Source: Glaciecola sp.
GTDB lineage: Bacteria > Pseudomonadota > Gammaproteobacteria > Enterobacterales > Alteromonadaceae
Length of the DNA stretch: 64,000 nt
Direction of reading: 5' to 3'
Assembly (NCBI GenBank): GCA_029246415.1
Contig: JAQWNF010000039.1
Location: 13,006-77,005 of the forward strand
Shown here one piece after another: positions 50,382 to 62,007 of this stretch. Position 1 is the first letter of the stretch, and each line of letters opens with the position of its first letter. The translations under genes were made by a program, and so were the position numbers. Below the pieces are notes generated by a model. That model was not told the DNA's origin. It worked only from the letters and a program-made list of their open reading frames with translations, and searched no databases.

Positions 50382-50651
50382 TTATTGAGGAAGATTAAAT
50401 AATTTTTCTTTGCGCCATTGCTCGACCGTAAACGTTTTAATCGATACCGCATGCATTGAACCATCAGCAATTTTGTCTGATAGAGGAGCATAAATAGTTT
50501 GTTGACGTTTAACTCGCGACATATCAGCAAAATCATCACTGACCGCAATAATATTAAAATGTGAGCCATCACTTTTTACATGCACTTCATGCAGTTGTAA
50601 TTGAGCGAGTAAAAACGCTTCTAGTTCTTGTGTTGTCATAGTGATAACCAA
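50382..50651 (-). CDS. ibaG: BolA-family protein IbaG (YrbA)
   Basis: 89 aa BolA-like protein (SDGSHFNIIAVSDDF...HAVSIKTFT). Sits between murA and mlaB, as in E. coli. Confidence 0.85.
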   Translation of the reverse strand: MVITMTTQELEAFLLAQLQLHEVHVKSDGSHFNIIAVSDDFADMSRVKRQQTIYAPLSDKIADGSMHAVSIKTFTVEQWRKEKLFNLPQ

Positions 50652-50681
50652 TAGTTGGTCCCGTTTATACCGATCTTGGTA

Positions 50682-50984
50682 TTAAGACTGGGAAGTTACA
50701 AAAAAGGATTCAGCACTGCTTAAGCGTGCGAGTTGTAGTAATTTATCAGGAATATGATCCCATGCAAGTGTCTTCTTGGCAGCATGCGCATCGCGATACA
50801 AATTTAAGAGCCAAGCTAAACCCGCACTATCTATATTGGTCAAGCCTTGTAAATCGATTTTAAGAGTGTTCAATAAAGCTAATTCGCGTTGATGCGACAC
50901 AAACAAATCACGCTGAATTGTTTGATTATTCAGCACACCCGACAATAATACAGCATCAGCAGAAAATATGATCGACAAACTCAT
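50682..50984 (-). CDS. mlaB: STAS-domain phospholipid ABC transporter accessory protein MlaB
   Basis: 100 aa STAS-like protein (IDSAGLAWLLNL). Last gene of the mla operon. Confidence 0.8.
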   Translation of the reverse strand: MSLSIIFSADAVLLSGVLNNQTIQRDLFVSHQRELALLNTLKIDLQGLTNIDSAGLAWLLNLYRDAHAAKKTLAWDHIPDKLLQLARLSSAESFFVTSQS

Positions 50985-50990
50985 TGCTAA

Positions 50991-51665
50991 TTAACCTTGT
51001 GGGGCAGGGATAGGGGCACTGCTTCCTGGTTTTTGCAATACAATCGGGTCATCGATTTTTTGTTGCATTAGCTCAATGACTTTTTCAATACCATCCTGGC
51101 GCAAAATCGACTCGAACTCACTGCGTTTACTCGATAACAAGCTGATCCCTTCAGCAACCATATCATAAGCTGCCCATTGATTGGTCTTGCGGTCTTTGCG
51201 CACTTTGAAGGCGACTTTAATATCGGGTTTACCAGTATCTTGAATGAGCGCCCTAACGGTGACTATCTTTTTGTCATCGTAATCACCAGCAGGTTCAAAC
51301 GCGACGGTTTGATCATCATAATAACCCATCGCGTTGGCGTAAGTAGTGACTAGATATTCACGGAACACATTAACAAACTCACCGAGTTGTTGCTTTGGTA
51401 CATTGCGAGCTTGATTACCCAACACCATAAACGCCGAATATTTGTAATCTACGTGCGGTAATAAATTTTCACGCATAATGGTACGCAAGTGCTCAGGATT
51501 TTGTGCAATTAAAGCTTGTTCATTTTTCATGCGAGAAAATGTTTCACTCGCCGCAGCTTGGATCATGGTATGTGGGTTATTAGATTCCATGTCCGACTGC
51601 GCATGACTCAGACTATGAGTGAACATTGCGATTAAGATTAATGCTACGTTAAAAATTGCTTTCAC
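50991..51665 (-). CDS. mlaC: Periplasmic phospholipid-binding protein MlaC
   Basis: 224 aa with a signal peptide. Toluene-tolerance Ttg2D/MlaC-like. Operon position supports the call. Confidence 0.85.
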   Translation of the reverse strand: MKAIFNVALILIAMFTHSLSHAQSDMESNNPHTMIQAAASETFSRMKNEQALIAQNPEHLRTIMRENLLPHVDYKYSAFMVLGNQARNVPKQQLGEFVNVFREYLVTTYANAMGYYDDQTVAFEPAGDYDDKKIVTVRALIQDTGKPDIKVAFKVRKDRKTNQWAAYDMVAEGISLLSSKRSEFESILRQDGIEKVIELMQQKIDDPIVLQKPGSSAPIPAPQG

Positions 51666-51681
51666 TTGTATTCCTTAAAAA

Positions 51682-52149
51682 TTATTCACTGTCACGGCTA
51701 AACAAAAATTGGCCGATTAAATCTTCTAGCACCAATGCAGATTTGGTGTCTTGGATGTAGTCACCGTCGGCGAGTACAACAAAATCATCGAATGCAAAGC
51801 CAGGCTGAAAACCAATATACTGCTCTCCTAACAATCCAGATGTTAGGATAGAGGCTGAGCTGGTGTCAGGAAAATTATTGTATTTATCTGACAAGCTAAT
51901 GACCACTATAGGGTTAAAGTCTTCAGGATCTAAATAAATTGATTCAACTCGTCCCACTGTCACGCCACCAACTTTTACCGCTGAACGTGTTTGTAAGCCG
52001 CCAATGTTATCGAACTTGGCATACAGGGTGTAAGTTGACTCACTATCTGAAAACCCTTGGTTCACAACTTTGAATGCTAAAAGTAAACCTGCAGCAATGG
52101 TTAAAATGACAAATAAACCTACCATAAGTTCAGTTTTTCGTGTGGTCAT
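51682..52149 (-). CDS. mlaD: MCE-domain outer-membrane lipid asymmetry protein MlaD
   Basis: 155 aa. N-terminal TM helix, MCE core (VKVGGVTVGRVESI). Confidence 0.9.
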   Translation of the reverse strand: MTTRKTELMVGLFVILTIAAGLLLAFKVVNQGFSDSESTYTLYAKFDNIGGLQTRSAVKVGGVTVGRVESIYLDPEDFNPIVVISLSDKYNNFPDTSSASILTSGLLGEQYIGFQPGFAFDDFVVLADGDYIQDTKSALVLEDLIGQFLFSRDSE

Positions 52150-52157
52150 CGTGACTC

Positions 52158-52934
52158 CTAATTAATTCCAAACATAAGTGCTGTAAGCACAAAATCTAAT
52201 CCTAAAACCGCTAATGAAGACAATACAACGGTTTGTGTTGTTGCTAGCGAAATCCCTTCAGAGGTAGGGACAGCGTCATAGCCTTTAAAAATAGCAATCC
52301 AAGTCACCACGATAGCAAAGACAATACTTTTAATAATGCCGTTTACTACATCTTTGTCCCATTCAACGGTCGCTTGCATAATAGACCAGTACGAACCAGA
52401 ATCAACGCCTAACCATTCAACACCGACCAAGTGACCACCTAAAATACCGATAGCAGAGAAGATTAACGCTAGCATTGGCATGGCGATGACACCTGCCCAT
52501 ATTCTTGGCGCTACGATACGGCGAAGTGGATCAACCGCCATCATTTCTAACGAGCTGAGCTGTTCGGTTGCTTTCATTAAACCAATTTCAGCGGTGAGTG
52601 CTGAGCCTGCACGTCCAGCAAACAATAATGCTGTGACAACTGGACCTAATTCGCGTAGTAATGATAATGACACCATAGGGCCTAATGAGCCTTCAGCGCC
52701 GTAGCCCACTAAAATCGTGTAGCCCTGTAGAGCCATTACCATGCCAATAAACAGACCCGATACCATAATAATTAATAATGACTGCACACCAACAACGTAT
52801 ATTTGCTTGATAGTTAAGCTGACATTCTTCCATTGAGGAAATGCAATCAATGCACCAGTTAACATCAAAAATGCGCGACCAATGCCAATCACTTTAAATA
52901 ATGTATTGGCACCAAGATCTATGATCCAATTCAT
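52158..52934 (-). CDS. mlaE: Phospholipid ABC transporter permease MlaE
   Basis: 258 aa polytopic protein ([27 protein letters not shown]). Confidence 0.92.
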   Translation of the reverse strand: MNWIIDLGANTLFKVIGIGRAFLMLTGALIAFPQWKNVSLTIKQIYVVGVQSLLIIMVSGLFIGMVMALQGYTILVGYGAEGSLGPMVSLSLLRELGPVVTALLFAGRAGSALTAEIGLMKATEQLSSLEMMAVDPLRRIVAPRIWAGVIAMPMLALIFSAIGILGGHLVGVEWLGVDSGSYWSIMQATVEWDKDVVNGIIKSIVFAIVVTWIAIFKGYDAVPTSEGISLATTQTVVLSSLAVLGLDFVLTALMFGIN

Positions 52935-53734
52935 TTATCTTCTCCTAACAACTGGGCTTGCATCGAGGGAGCGGGGTAATGAAACGGCACCGGACCGTCA
53001 GCTTGCCCTAATAAAAACTGCTGTACTAAAGGTGATTCAGATTGTTTGATTTCTTGGGCAGTACCGTGACCAATGACTTTTTGATTAGCTAAGATATAGA
53101 CATAATCTGCAATATCAAGTACCTCATTGACGTCGTGAGTAACCACAATACTAGTGACTGATAGGGCTTCACTCAGCGCACGGATTAATTTGACTAGAAC
53201 ACCCATTGAAATCGGATCTTGTCCTGCAAAAGGCTCATCGTACATTATTAGTTCAGGATCTAATGCTATGGCACGTGCTAATGCCGCTCGGCGTGCCATT
53301 CCCCCGGAGAGTTCGCTAGGTAAAAGTTGCGCCGCTCCGCGTAAGCCTACTGCTTCGAGTTTTAATAAAACTAAGGTTTCGATAACTGATTCTGAAAGCT
53401 GTGTGTGTTCACGTAGGGCAAAAGCAACGTTATCGAAGACACTCATATCGGTAAACAATGCACCTGATTGAAACAGCATACTCATTGCTTTACGAGTTTG
53501 ATATAAAGTCGAGCGATTCATCGATGGGATCGACTTTCCAGCGAATGTGATATCGCCTTTATCTGGTTTAAGCTGCCCACCAATTAGGCGTAACATGGTG
53601 GTTTTACCGATCCCACTCGGCCCCATAATGGCCGTGATTTTTCCTTTAGGGATACTGATGCTGATATCATCATAAATCAGGCGTTCAGACCGAGAAAAAG
53701 TGATATTTTGGATTTCGACTAAATTATCATTCAT
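52931..53734 (-). CDS. mlaF: Phospholipid ABC transporter ATP-binding protein MlaF
   Basis: 267 aa. Walker [10 protein letters not shown], signature [14 protein letters not shown], Walker B IMYDEP. 4-nt overlap with mlaE. Confidence 0.93.
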   Translation of the reverse strand: MNDNLVEIQNITFSRSERLIYDDISISIPKGKITAIMGPSGIGKTTMLRLIGGQLKPDKGDITFAGKSIPSMNRSTLYQTRKAMSMLFQSGALFTDMSVFDNVAFALREHTQLSESVIETLVLLKLEAVGLRGAAQLLPSELSGGMARRAALARAIALDPELIMYDEPFAGQDPISMGVLVKLIRALSEALSVTSIVVTHDVNEVLDIADYVYILANQKVIGHGTAQEIKQSESPLVQQFLLGQADGPVPFHYPAPSMQAQLLGEDK

Positions 53735-54055
53735 GAGTGAGTGGTAGTGCCTTTCCTTTGCGTTTTATATACATACGGAGCATAACGATATTGGGATTGA
53801 TTATGCCGTTTCAATAGTAACAACGCAAAATCAAAAAGTAACAAGGTATGTACAATAAATAAGAACAAATAATTAGTAAAAGTAAAACAGATACTAATTA
53901 CAGTGGTCTTTTACCTGTAATACCGCCATAATTGAATCATTATAAGCTAGATGATTGGTTAATCACACAATCTTTGTCGCTATGCTTACTATTGTCAGAT
54001 AAAATAAATACAATAGGACGTCGATTCACATTCATTTTAAGGGATAACTACCACA

Positions 54056-55012
54056 GTGGTACTTCAAATTGTCATTTTTTTGATCGGACTAGCCGTGTTA
54101 AGTTGGAGCGCAGACCGATTTGTATACGGTGCTTCAGCTTTAGCTAAAAATATTGGTGTGTCGCCGATGATGATCGGCCTAACCATAGTTGCAATGGGCT
54201 CATCTGCTCCTGAAATTGTGGTGTCCGCGACGGCTTCTTTGGCTGGCTCCCCTGATACTGCTGTAGGCAATGCTATCGGTTCTAATATTACCAATATCGC
54301 TTTGGTACTGGGTATTACAGCGTTGATTAAACCGCTATTAGTTTCTTCTGGCACGTTAAAACGTGAATTTCCGCTGTTGTTTGCGATGTGTTTACTGGCC
54401 GCCTATGTCCTACACGATGAAATGCTCACCTTTTTTGAAGGCGCATTATTAATGGGCATGTTTGTAGTTGTTTTAGCTGGTATGGGCTGGTTGTCTTTTA
54501 CTGCGGAAAAAGGCGATAAATTAGCGGATGATAATGAATCAGAGATCCCTAGTGGGGTATCGACTTCGGTGGCAGTGCTTTGGGTACTGGTCGGCTTAGT
54601 CATGCTTCCCTTGTCAGCTCATTTTTTGGTCGAGTCAGCAGTGTTTATCGCTAAATACTTTGGTATCAGTGATCTGGTTATTGGCTTGACCATTATTGCC
54701 CTTGGTACCAGTCTTCCGGAGCTTGCTGCATGTATTGCAGGCGTGCTTAAAGGTGAAGATGACCTTGCAATGGGTAATATCATCGGTTCCAATATATTTA
54801 ATATTTTAGCCGTATTGGGCATGCCCGGTTTAATTGCCCCTGGTTTAATCGACCCTGCTGCGGCAACTCGAGATATGTATGTCATGCTCGGTTTGACCGT
54901 CATGTTACTGGTGTTTAGTTTTAATTTTGTTGGCACTCGACGGATCAATCGCGTTGAAGCGAGTATATTAATTGCTGCTTTTATCGGTTATCAATTTTTA
55001 TTGTTTGCGTGA
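54056..55012 (+). CDS. yrbG: Ca2+/Na+ antiporter family protein YrbG
   Basis: 318 aa. GTG start. Two alpha-repeat motifs (GSSAPEIV and GTSLPELA). Confidence 0.88.
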   Translation: MVLQIVIFLIGLAVLSWSADRFVYGASALAKNIGVSPMMIGLTIVAMGSSAPEIVVSATASLAGSPDTAVGNAIGSNITNIALVLGITALIKPLLVSSGTLKREFPLLFAMCLLAAYVLHDEMLTFFEGALLMGMFVVVLAGMGWLSFTAEKGDKLADDNESEIPSGVSTSVAVLWVLVGLVMLPLSAHFLVESAVFIAKYFGISDLVIGLTIIALGTSLPELAACIAGVLKGEDDLAMGNIIGSNIFNILAVLGMPGLIAPGLIDPAAATRDMYVMLGLTVMLLVFSFNFVGTRRINRVEASILIAAFIGYQFLLFA

Positions 55013-55055
55013 TAATGTGAACTGGGTGAAAGCTACTAATTAGGTGGAGATGAGC

Positions 55056-56027
55056 ATGTCATCATCGCAATTTGTCGAATCGGCTAAGCGTGTTATTGAT
55101 ACTGAATTACAAGGTATTGCGACTTTGCATGAGTGCTTAGGCGACGCATTTGTTCATGCTTGCGATACACTATTGGCATGCCAAGGAAAAGTTGTTGTCT
55201 CTGGTATGGGCAAATCTGGCCATATCGGCTGTAAAATTGCCGCTACACTTGCTTCAACAGGCACTCCTGCATTTTTTATGCACCCTGGTGAAGCCAATCA
55301 CGGTGATCTTGGGATGCTAAGCCCACAAGATATCGTTATCGGTATTTCTAATTCAGGAGAAACCGACGAGATAATCGGGCTGTTACCTGTACTTAAGCGT
55401 TTAGGTATCAAGCTTATCGCCATTACTCAGCATGCGGACTCTACGTTAGGTAAGTATGCAGACATAGTACTGCAAATAAATGTCCCTGCTGAAGCATGCT
55501 CGCTTGGATTAGCACCGACGACTTCCACCAGTGTCACATTAGTCTTAGGGGATGCGCTTGCTATAGCGTTGTTAGATGCAAAAGGTTTCACTTCTGATGA
55601 TTTTGCCTTATCCCACCCTGGCGGCTCGTTAGGGCGCAAACTGTTGTTAACTTGTGCTGATATCATGCGCAAAGGAAGTGAAGTACCCAATGTTTTCAGT
55701 GACACACCGGTGACCCAAGCATTATATGAAATCAGCAGCAAAGGCTTAGGTATGACAGGGGTAGTGGATGCCAACAAACAACTACTAGGTATTTTCACTG
55801 ATGGTGATTTGCGTCGCGTGCTAGATCAAAAATTAGATATTCATACTTTAACCGCTGCCCAAGTCATGACTGCAAATTGTTTAACAGCCAGTGCTGATAT
55901 GTTAGCCGTGGACGCGTTAAATTTAATGCAACAAAAACACATCAATGCGTTGTTGGTGGTAGATTCAAATAATCAGGTGGTGGGTGCATTTAATATGCAT
56001 ATGCTCCTGCAAGCCGGAGTAGTGTGA
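55056..56027 (+). CDS. kdsD: Arabinose-5-phosphate isomerase KdsD
   Basis: ATG at 55056, 6 nt after ggtggag. The ORF track starts at GTG 55044. SIS domain GMGKSGHIG plus a C-terminal CBS pair. Confidence 0.92.
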   Translation: MSSSQFVESAKRVIDTELQGIATLHECLGDAFVHACDTLLACQGKVVVSGMGKSGHIGCKIAATLASTGTPAFFMHPGEANHGDLGMLSPQDIVIGISNSGETDEIIGLLPVLKRLGIKLIAITQHADSTLGKYADIVLQINVPAEACSLGLAPTTSTSVTLVLGDALAIALLDAKGFTSDDFALSHPGGSLGRKLLLTCADIMRKGSEVPNVFSDTPVTQALYEISSKGLGMTGVVDANKQLLGIFTDGDLRRVLDQKLDIHTLTAAQVMTANCLTASADMLAVDALNLMQQKHINALLVVDSNNQVVGAFNMHMLLQAGVV

Positions 56028-56584
56028 TGACGATGGTCTCAACCTTGTATACAAATGATTTTTCAGCGTCGCTGTATGCTCAATTAAAGCAGATCAAACT
56101 ATTGGTGTGTGATGTAGATGGAGTATTTAGCGATGGGCGCATCTATCTTGGTAATCAAGGTGAAGAGTTAAAGGCGTTTCATACCCGAGATGGGTATGGC
56201 ATTAAATCACTAGCGCAATGTGGCATTGCTGTGGCAATTATTACCGGTCGACAATCACAATTGGTGCAAACACGAATGACTGCGCTAAATGTTGATTATA
56301 TTATTCAAGGTGAAGAAGATAAGTACACAGCCTTAACTCAATTAATGCAAACTTTAGAATTAGCTCCAGAGCAAGTCGCCAGTATGGGGGATGACATGCC
56401 TGATGTCGGCATGTATCGATGCTCTGCAGTAAAAATCGCAGTACAAGATGCTCACCCTTTTGTTCGCAGTCAAGCCAACTGGATAACTGAAATTAAGGGG
56501 GGCTTTGGCGCAGTTCGTGAAGTCACTGATACCTTTTTACAGGTGCACGATAAGCTTGCGGGTATTCATGGTGCGAGTGTCTAA
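56024..56584 (+). CDS. kdsC: KDO 8-phosphate phosphatase KdsC
   Basis: 186 aa. HAD motif I CDVDGVFSDG, GDDMPD. Overlaps the kdsD stop. Confidence 0.92.
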   Translation: MMTMVSTLYTNDFSASLYAQLKQIKLLVCDVDGVFSDGRIYLGNQGEELKAFHTRDGYGIKSLAQCGIAVAIITGRQSQLVQTRMTALNVDYIIQGEEDKYTALTQLMQTLELAPEQVASMGDDMPDVGMYRCSAVKIAVQDAHPFVRSQANWITEIKGGFGAVREVTDTFLQVHDKLAGIHGASV

Positions 56585-57159
56585 TGAATCGTGTTGGCTA
56601 TAGTATTTTATTGTTGTTTACGTGTATCGCAGCGTTATACTTTTATCCACTCGACGATGCTACGCAGCAATCTAGCGCAGGAGAGCGCAGCCAGATCTTT
56701 GAAACGCCTACGTATCGTGCCGAAAACCTGACATCGCAACGTTATGCTGCGGATGGCACACTGAGCCATAAAGTGTTCGCAAAAGTCATGGAGCAATATG
56801 ATAATCTAGGTTTTATGGTGTTCGAATATCCCCGTTACACTATATATCTAAACGAAGTTTCTCCGTATATTGTCACGGCTGATGTCGGCACATTATTTTC
56901 AAACAATGTGATTCGCCTTGAAAAAAACATCCGAATTACTAGCTTAAATAAAACTGATTTTATTCAACAAATTAGTACGGAGTTTATTGAAATAGATCTG
57001 ACCACCAATACGATGTTTTCGGATAAAGAAGTCCTAATGACGGGGGCAGAATTTTCGATGTTAAGTCATGGTTTTAATGCAGATATGCAAACCAAAACAT
57101 TTAATTTGACCGGTCATGTTAAAACTGAATTTGCTGCTAACAGCGCAGTCCCACTGTAG
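56584..57159 (+). CDS. lptC: LPS export protein LptC
   Basis: 191 aa with an N-terminal TM anchor. Position between kdsC and lptA. Start overlaps the kdsC stop (TAATG). Confidence 0.85.
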   Translation: MNRVGYSILLLFTCIAALYFYPLDDATQQSSAGERSQIFETPTYRAENLTSQRYAADGTLSHKVFAKVMEQYDNLGFMVFEYPRYTIYLNEVSPYIVTADVGTLFSNNVIRLEKNIRITSLNKTDFIQQISTEFIEIDLTTNTMFSDKEVLMTGAEFSMLSHGFNADMQTKTFNLTGHVKTEFAANSAVPL

Positions 57160-57170
57160 AGAAAAAAATA

Positions 57171-57695
57171 ATGAACTACCGATTTTTAATTATAGCCTTA
57201 GGTTGCCTAGCTTTTGCGGTTACCGCTCAAAACTCAGACGTAAATGCGCCGATATCCATTAGTGCTAAGTCGACCTTTGTAGATGGCGTATCAAAAATGT
57301 CAGTTTATAAAGACGATGTTGTTATCACGCAAGCGGGATTAAAGATCAATGCACAGAGCTTGAGTATTGATGCTAGCGCTGGAGAAGGGCAGGAAATCTT
57401 TATTGCGACGGGTAAACCTGCAACGTTTACCCAATTGCTTGATGATGGCACCAGCGTGACTGCTGCAGCAAATGAAATTAGTTATAATGTCGTTTCACGC
57501 ACAGTAACATTTAATGGTGATGCGCAGTTAGCACAAGAGACTTCCGTAGTAAAAAGTGAGCTAATTGAATTTGATTTAATCAACAAGCAGTTAATTGCCA
57601 AAGCGGATAAAAGTACAGGTGGACGAGTGACAACAGTCTTTCAGCCAGAAATTCTCAAGCAGCAAATTCAAGAACAAGAGAGTGAAAAAAATTAA
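57171..57695 (+). CDS. lptA: LPS transport periplasmic protein LptA
   Basis: 174 aa. Signal peptide, OstA-like beta-jellyroll repeats. Confidence 0.88.
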   Translation: MNYRFLIIALGCLAFAVTAQNSDVNAPISISAKSTFVDGVSKMSVYKDDVVITQAGLKINAQSLSIDASAGEGQEIFIATGKPATFTQLLDDGTSVTAAANEISYNVVSRTVTFNGDAQLAQETSVVKSELIEFDLINKQLIAKADKSTGGRVTTVFQPEILKQQIQEQESEKN

Positions 57696-58420
57696 TGGCG
57701 GTTTTAAAAGCGACGCATTTGGCAAAATCTTATAACTCTCGACAAGTCGTACGAGATGTCAGTATTGAAGTAGAGTCGGGTCAGATTGTCGGTTTACTTG
57801 GTCCAAACGGAGCAGGTAAAACCACAACATTTTATATGATAGTAGGACTGGTACCATTGGATCACGGTGAAATCATGCTGGACCAAACACAACTGACCTT
57901 TCAGCCAATGCATGAGCGCGCCCGTCAGGGTATTGGATATTTACCGCAAGAAGCATCGATTTTTCGTAAATTAACGGTTTACGAAAATATCATGGCGATT
58001 TTAGAAACCCGAAAAGAACTTTCTAGTCAACAACGTGAAAGTGATGCTGATGCATTATTAGATGAATTTAATATTAATCACATTCGCAACAGTGCAGGTA
58101 TGGCCTTATCGGGTGGAGAGCGCCGCCGCGTTGAAATTGCTAGAGCATTAGCGGCAAATCCTAAGTTTATCTTATTGGATGAACCGTTTGCAGGGGTTGA
58201 CCCAATCTCCGTAGGGGACATTAAACATATCATCCAACATTTGAAACAACGTGGAATCGGAGTGCTAATTACTGACCACAATGTAAGAGATACATTGGAT
58301 GTGTGCGAAAAGGCTTACATTGTGAGTCATGGTGAACTTATCGCGTCTGGAACTTCTTCACAAGTCCTTGAAAATAAGAAGGTTAAGGAAGTGTACCTTG
58401 GTGAAGAATTTAGGCTATAA
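57695..58420 (+). CDS. lptB: LPS export ABC transporter ATP-binding protein LptB
   Basis: 241 aa. Walker [37 protein letters not shown]. Confidence 0.95.
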   Translation: MAVLKATHLAKSYNSRQVVRDVSIEVESGQIVGLLGPNGAGKTTTFYMIVGLVPLDHGEIMLDQTQLTFQPMHERARQGIGYLPQEASIFRKLTVYENIMAILETRKELSSQQRESDADALLDEFNINHIRNSAGMALSGGERRRVEIARALAANPKFILLDEPFAGVDPISVGDIKHIIQHLKQRGIGVLITDHNVRDTLDVCEKAYIVSHGELIASGTSSQVLENKKVKEVYLGEEFRL

Positions 58421-58478
58421 TAAATCTTAGGTTAGTATGTCGGAAGTTACTAGCGCGTAAGATGTTAAAAGGAATTCG

Positions 58479-59942
58479 ATGAAACACTCGTTACAACTCA
58501 AATTTAGTCAACAGTTAACCATGACGCCGCAACTTCAGCAGGCGATTAAACTATTACAACTGTCGACCCTCGATTTACAACAAGAAATCCAAGAAGCGAT
58601 TGAAGCCAATCCATTGTTGGAAATCGAAGAACCCTATTCTGATCACAACGACAAAGAACGCTCCGGCGACACTAATGCTTCGGTTGATTCTGATAAAGTG
58701 ACCAGTCATGACGCCCTTGAAGGTAATGCGGTTCCTGATGAACTGCCTCTAGACAGTACTTGGGATGATTATTACAGTGCATCTTCTGCTCCAGCTCCGA
58801 TGACGAGCTCCGGAGGAGGTAGTATCGATGATGATAATGTCTATCAAGGTGAAACTACCGATGATATTCAAGCTCATCTTTTATGGCAAATGGGTCTTAC
58901 TCCTTTTAGTGATACTGATCGCGCCATTGCCATTGCTATTATTGACTCTATAGATGAATCGGGTTACTTGACTGTATCTAGTGATGAGATTTTAGAGTCA
59001 ATGCAAGATGATGAAATCGAACTAGATGAAGTCGAGTGTGTATTAAAGCGCATTCAAATGTTTGATCCGGTTGGTTCTGGTTCGCGTTCTCCACAAGAAT
59101 GTTTGTTAGTTCAATTACGTCAGTTTGATGAAGCAACACCATTTTTAAACGAAGCTAGGCTCATTATTACTGAACACACCGATTTGTTGTCGAGTAAAGA
59201 CTATCGCAGCTTGATGCGTAAGACGCGTCTCAAAGAAGATCAGTTACGCGAAGTCATGTTGTTACTTCAATCCTTGAACCCGCGTCCAGGGAGTGCTTTA
59301 ATTACAAAAGAGCCTGAATACGTTATTCCAGATGTTTCAGTCGCGAAGAAAAATGGACGCTGGACGGTTGAGTTGAACCCTGATAGTTTACCTAAATTAA
59401 ATATAAACCAACAATATGCTGCATTAAGTAAAAATTCACGGAACTCTTCGGACTCTGCGTTTGTCAAATCTCATATGCAAGAAGCAAAATGGTTTATTAA
59501 AAGCTTAGAATCACGCAATGATACATTGTTAAAGGTCGCTAACTGTATAGTGCAACAGCAGATGGGCTTTTTTGAACATGGGCCGGAAATGATGAAGCCG
59601 ATGGTGTTAAACGATGTAGCAGAGATGGTTGATATGCATGAATCGACTATTTCACGGGTGACAACACAAAAATATATGCATACACCACGTGGTATATACG
59701 AGCTGAAATATTTCTTTTCGAGCCACGTTGCGACAGACTCAGGTGGTGAATGCTCATCAACCGCAATACGCGCGTTGATCAAAAAATTAGTCGCTGCTGA
59801 AAACACAGTTAAGCCACTAAGTGATAGCAAGATTGCAGACGTTTTGGCGGATCAAGGTATTAAAGTTGCCCGCCGAACAATTGCGAAATACCGGGAGTCC
59901 TTATCGATTCCACCATCCAACCAGCGTAAAAGCTTGGTTTAG
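58479..59942 (+). CDS. rpoN: RNA polymerase sigma-54 factor
   Basis: 487 aa. N-terminal Gln/Leu-rich region I, acidic region II, HTH, RpoN box ARRTIAKYR. Confidence 0.95.
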   Translation: MKHSLQLKFSQQLTMTPQLQQAIKLLQLSTLDLQQEIQEAIEANPLLEIEEPYSDHNDKERSGDTNASVDSDKVTSHDALEGNAVPDELPLDSTWDDYYSASSAPAPMTSSGGGSIDDDNVYQGETTDDIQAHLLWQMGLTPFSDTDRAIAIAIIDSIDESGYLTVSSDEILESMQDDEIELDEVECVLKRIQMFDPVGSGSRSPQECLLVQLRQFDEATPFLNEARLIITEHTDLLSSKDYRSLMRKTRLKEDQLREVMLLLQSLNPRPGSALITKEPEYVIPDVSVAKKNGRWTVELNPDSLPKLNINQQYAALSKNSRNSSDSAFVKSHMQEAKWFIKSLESRNDTLLKVANCIVQQQMGFFEHGPEMMKPMVLNDVAEMVDMHESTISRVTTQKYMHTPRGIYELKYFFSSHVATDSGGECSSTAIRALIKKLVAAENTVKPLSDSKIADVLADQGIKVARRTIAKYRESLSIPPSNQRKSLV

Positions 59943-59966
59943 TTATAGAAAAAGAAGGAAGTCATT

Positions 59967-60254
59967 ATGCAGATAAACCTTACTGGTCATCATGTTGAAA
60001 TCACTGATTCACTACGTAACTATGTCGATACTAAATTTGAAAAATTAGAGCGACACTTTGACCATATCAATAACGTTCATGTCATCTTAAATGTCGAAAA
60101 AATTCACCAAAAAGCGGAAGCTAAACTAAACCTTAATGGCGGAGAAGTGTTCGCTACTTCTGAGCACTCAGACATGTATGCAGCCATTGACGGGCTAATT
60201 GATAAGCTTGATCGTCAGGTTATTAAGCATAAAGAAAAGTTGTTACGACACTAA
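59967..60254 (+). CDS. hpf: Ribosome hibernation promoting factor (short HPF)
   Basis: 95 aa (MQINLTGHHVEITDSLRNYV...). Immediately after rpoN. Confidence 0.92.
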   Translation: MQINLTGHHVEITDSLRNYVDTKFEKLERHFDHINNVHVILNVEKIHQKAEAKLNLNGGEVFATSEHSDMYAAIDGLIDKLDRQVIKHKEKLLRH

Positions 60255-60257
60255 ACA

Positions 60258-60701
60258 ATGCAATTATCATCCATCCTAAAAGAGAACCGCATATTATGTG
60301 CGGTTCCTTGTCAAAGCAAAAAAAAGATATTCGAGATAATCAGCGAGTTAGCTGAGGATACCGAAAACGAAATCTATCAAGCAAATATTTTAGAAAGCCT
60401 TGTTCATCGAGAAAAATTAGGCTCTACAGGTATTGGCAATGGCATTGCGATCCCTCATGGCCGTATTGCGGGTCTTGAAGATGTTATGGCTATTGTCGTG
60501 ACCACAGAATGCGGGATTGATTTTGAAGCGATTGATCACAAACCGGTTGATGTATTCTTCGCCTTGTTAGTCCCACAAGAGCAAATAGAAGGCCATTTAC
60601 AGACGCTTGCCGCTGTTGCAGCTAAATTAAATGATCCTAAGATTATCGCGGGTATACGCAGCGCTAAACAACCGCAAGATATTCTTAAACTGCTTGAGTA
60701 A
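60258..60701 (+). CDS. ptsN: PTS(Ntr) EIIA component PtsN
   Basis: 147 aa. Phosphorylatable His motif GNGIAIPHGR. Confidence 0.9.
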   Translation: MQLSSILKENRILCAVPCQSKKKIFEIISELAEDTENEIYQANILESLVHREKLGSTGIGNGIAIPHGRIAGLEDVMAIVVTTECGIDFEAIDHKPVDVFFALLVPQEQIEGHLQTLAAVAAKLNDPKIIAGIRSAKQPQDILKLLE

Positions 60702-60784
60702 TTTATTCTCAAAAACCTACATTTTTTGATTTACAAAGCAACACCTAGCCACTAGTCTAGTAAAAAACTCTTTGGTTGAATTAG

Positions 60785-61651
60785 ATGAAACTTATTATAA
60801 TTTCAGGTCGTTCTGGTTCTGGAAAATCTATTGCGTTACGCGCATTAGAAGACTTAGGATATTATTGCGTAGATAATATCCCTGTAAACTTATTACCTGC
60901 GTTGACTCATTCCATTTTAGGCGAATACGAAGATGTGGCTGTGAGTGTCGATGTTCGTAACTTACCTAAAGAATCCAATGAGTTACCTGAGATCCTAAAT
61001 TTTCTACCCGAAGATTGGAATGTCTCTATTGTCTATTTAGATTCGAGCACCAATGTTTTATTAAAGCGTTACAGTGAAACACGTCGCTTACACCCTTTAA
61101 GCAAAGGCAACCAATCATTAGAAGCGGCAATCCGTCTTGAAAAACAGCTCTTGGAGCCAATGCAAGAAAGGGCTGATTTGTGTATAGATACCGATCAGTT
61201 AACGGTACATCAGTTAGCCGAAATTATTCGCGAACGGATCTTAGGTAAAAAGAGTTCTCGCTTAGTCTTGGTATTTGAATCATTTGGTTTTAAATACGGC
61301 ATTCCTAAAGATGCGGATTATGTATTTGACGCGCGATTCTTACCTAACCCTCATTGGGAGCCAGATTTAAAAAACTTTACGGGTATTGATTCTCCGATTG
61401 AAGTGTTTTTAGGAAGTCAGCCGGTGGTGACCAAGTTCATCTGGCAAATTCAAAATTTAATCACGACTTGGTTGCCTCATTTGGAGCGCAACAATCGCAG
61501 TTACGTAACCGTCGCAATAGGGTGTACTGGCGGTAAACATCGCTCTGTGTATGTCGCGGAGCAATTAAAGAAAAATATGCAAGAATTTCACCCCGATGTA
61601 CAAATACGTCACCGAGAACTAGGTCGTTATCTAGAGAAACCAGAATTATGA
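60785..61651 (+). CDS. rapZ: RNase adapter protein RapZ
   Basis: 288 aa. P-loop GRSGSGKS, C-terminal GCTGGKHRSV. Confidence 0.92.
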   Translation: MKLIIISGRSGSGKSIALRALEDLGYYCVDNIPVNLLPALTHSILGEYEDVAVSVDVRNLPKESNELPEILNFLPEDWNVSIVYLDSSTNVLLKRYSETRRLHPLSKGNQSLEAAIRLEKQLLEPMQERADLCIDTDQLTVHQLAEIIRERILGKKSSRLVLVFESFGFKYGIPKDADYVFDARFLPNPHWEPDLKNFTGIDSPIEVFLGSQPVVTKFIWQIQNLITTWLPHLERNNRSYVTVAIGCTGGKHRSVYVAEQLKKNMQEFHPDVQIRHRELGRYLEKPEL

Positions 61652-61926
61652 CCAAAATCGCTGAGCAGACCGTCACCATTCTCAATAAAATGGGCTTACA
61701 TGCCCGTCCGGCAAGTCAACTTGCGCAGTTAGCCTTGCAGTTTAAAGCCGACATTACGGTGCATCAAGGTGATAAGCAAGCCGATGCAGCCAGCGTGTTG
61801 GGACTGATGATGCTAGAGTCGCGCCAAGGCAAAACCGTTCGCGTGGTTGCAAGTGGTGATGATGCTGAAGCAGCCTTGCAAGCAGTGGTGGATTTAATTA
61901 GCCACAAATTTAACGAAGACGTGTAA
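61648..61926 (+). CDS. ptsO: Phosphocarrier protein NPr
   Basis: 92 aa, HPr-like. Active-site GLHARPA. 4-nt overlap with rapZ. Confidence 0.9.
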   Translation: MTKIAEQTVTILNKMGLHARPASQLAQLALQFKADITVHQGDKQADAASVLGLMMLESRQGKTVRVVASGDDAEAALQAVVDLISHKFNEDV

Positions 61927-62007
61927 GCTTTATCAATCATTTCATGACATTACCTAGCTTTCACGTTATCCTATAAGCCTCCTTAATACTCCTCGCAGGT
62001 ATGGATT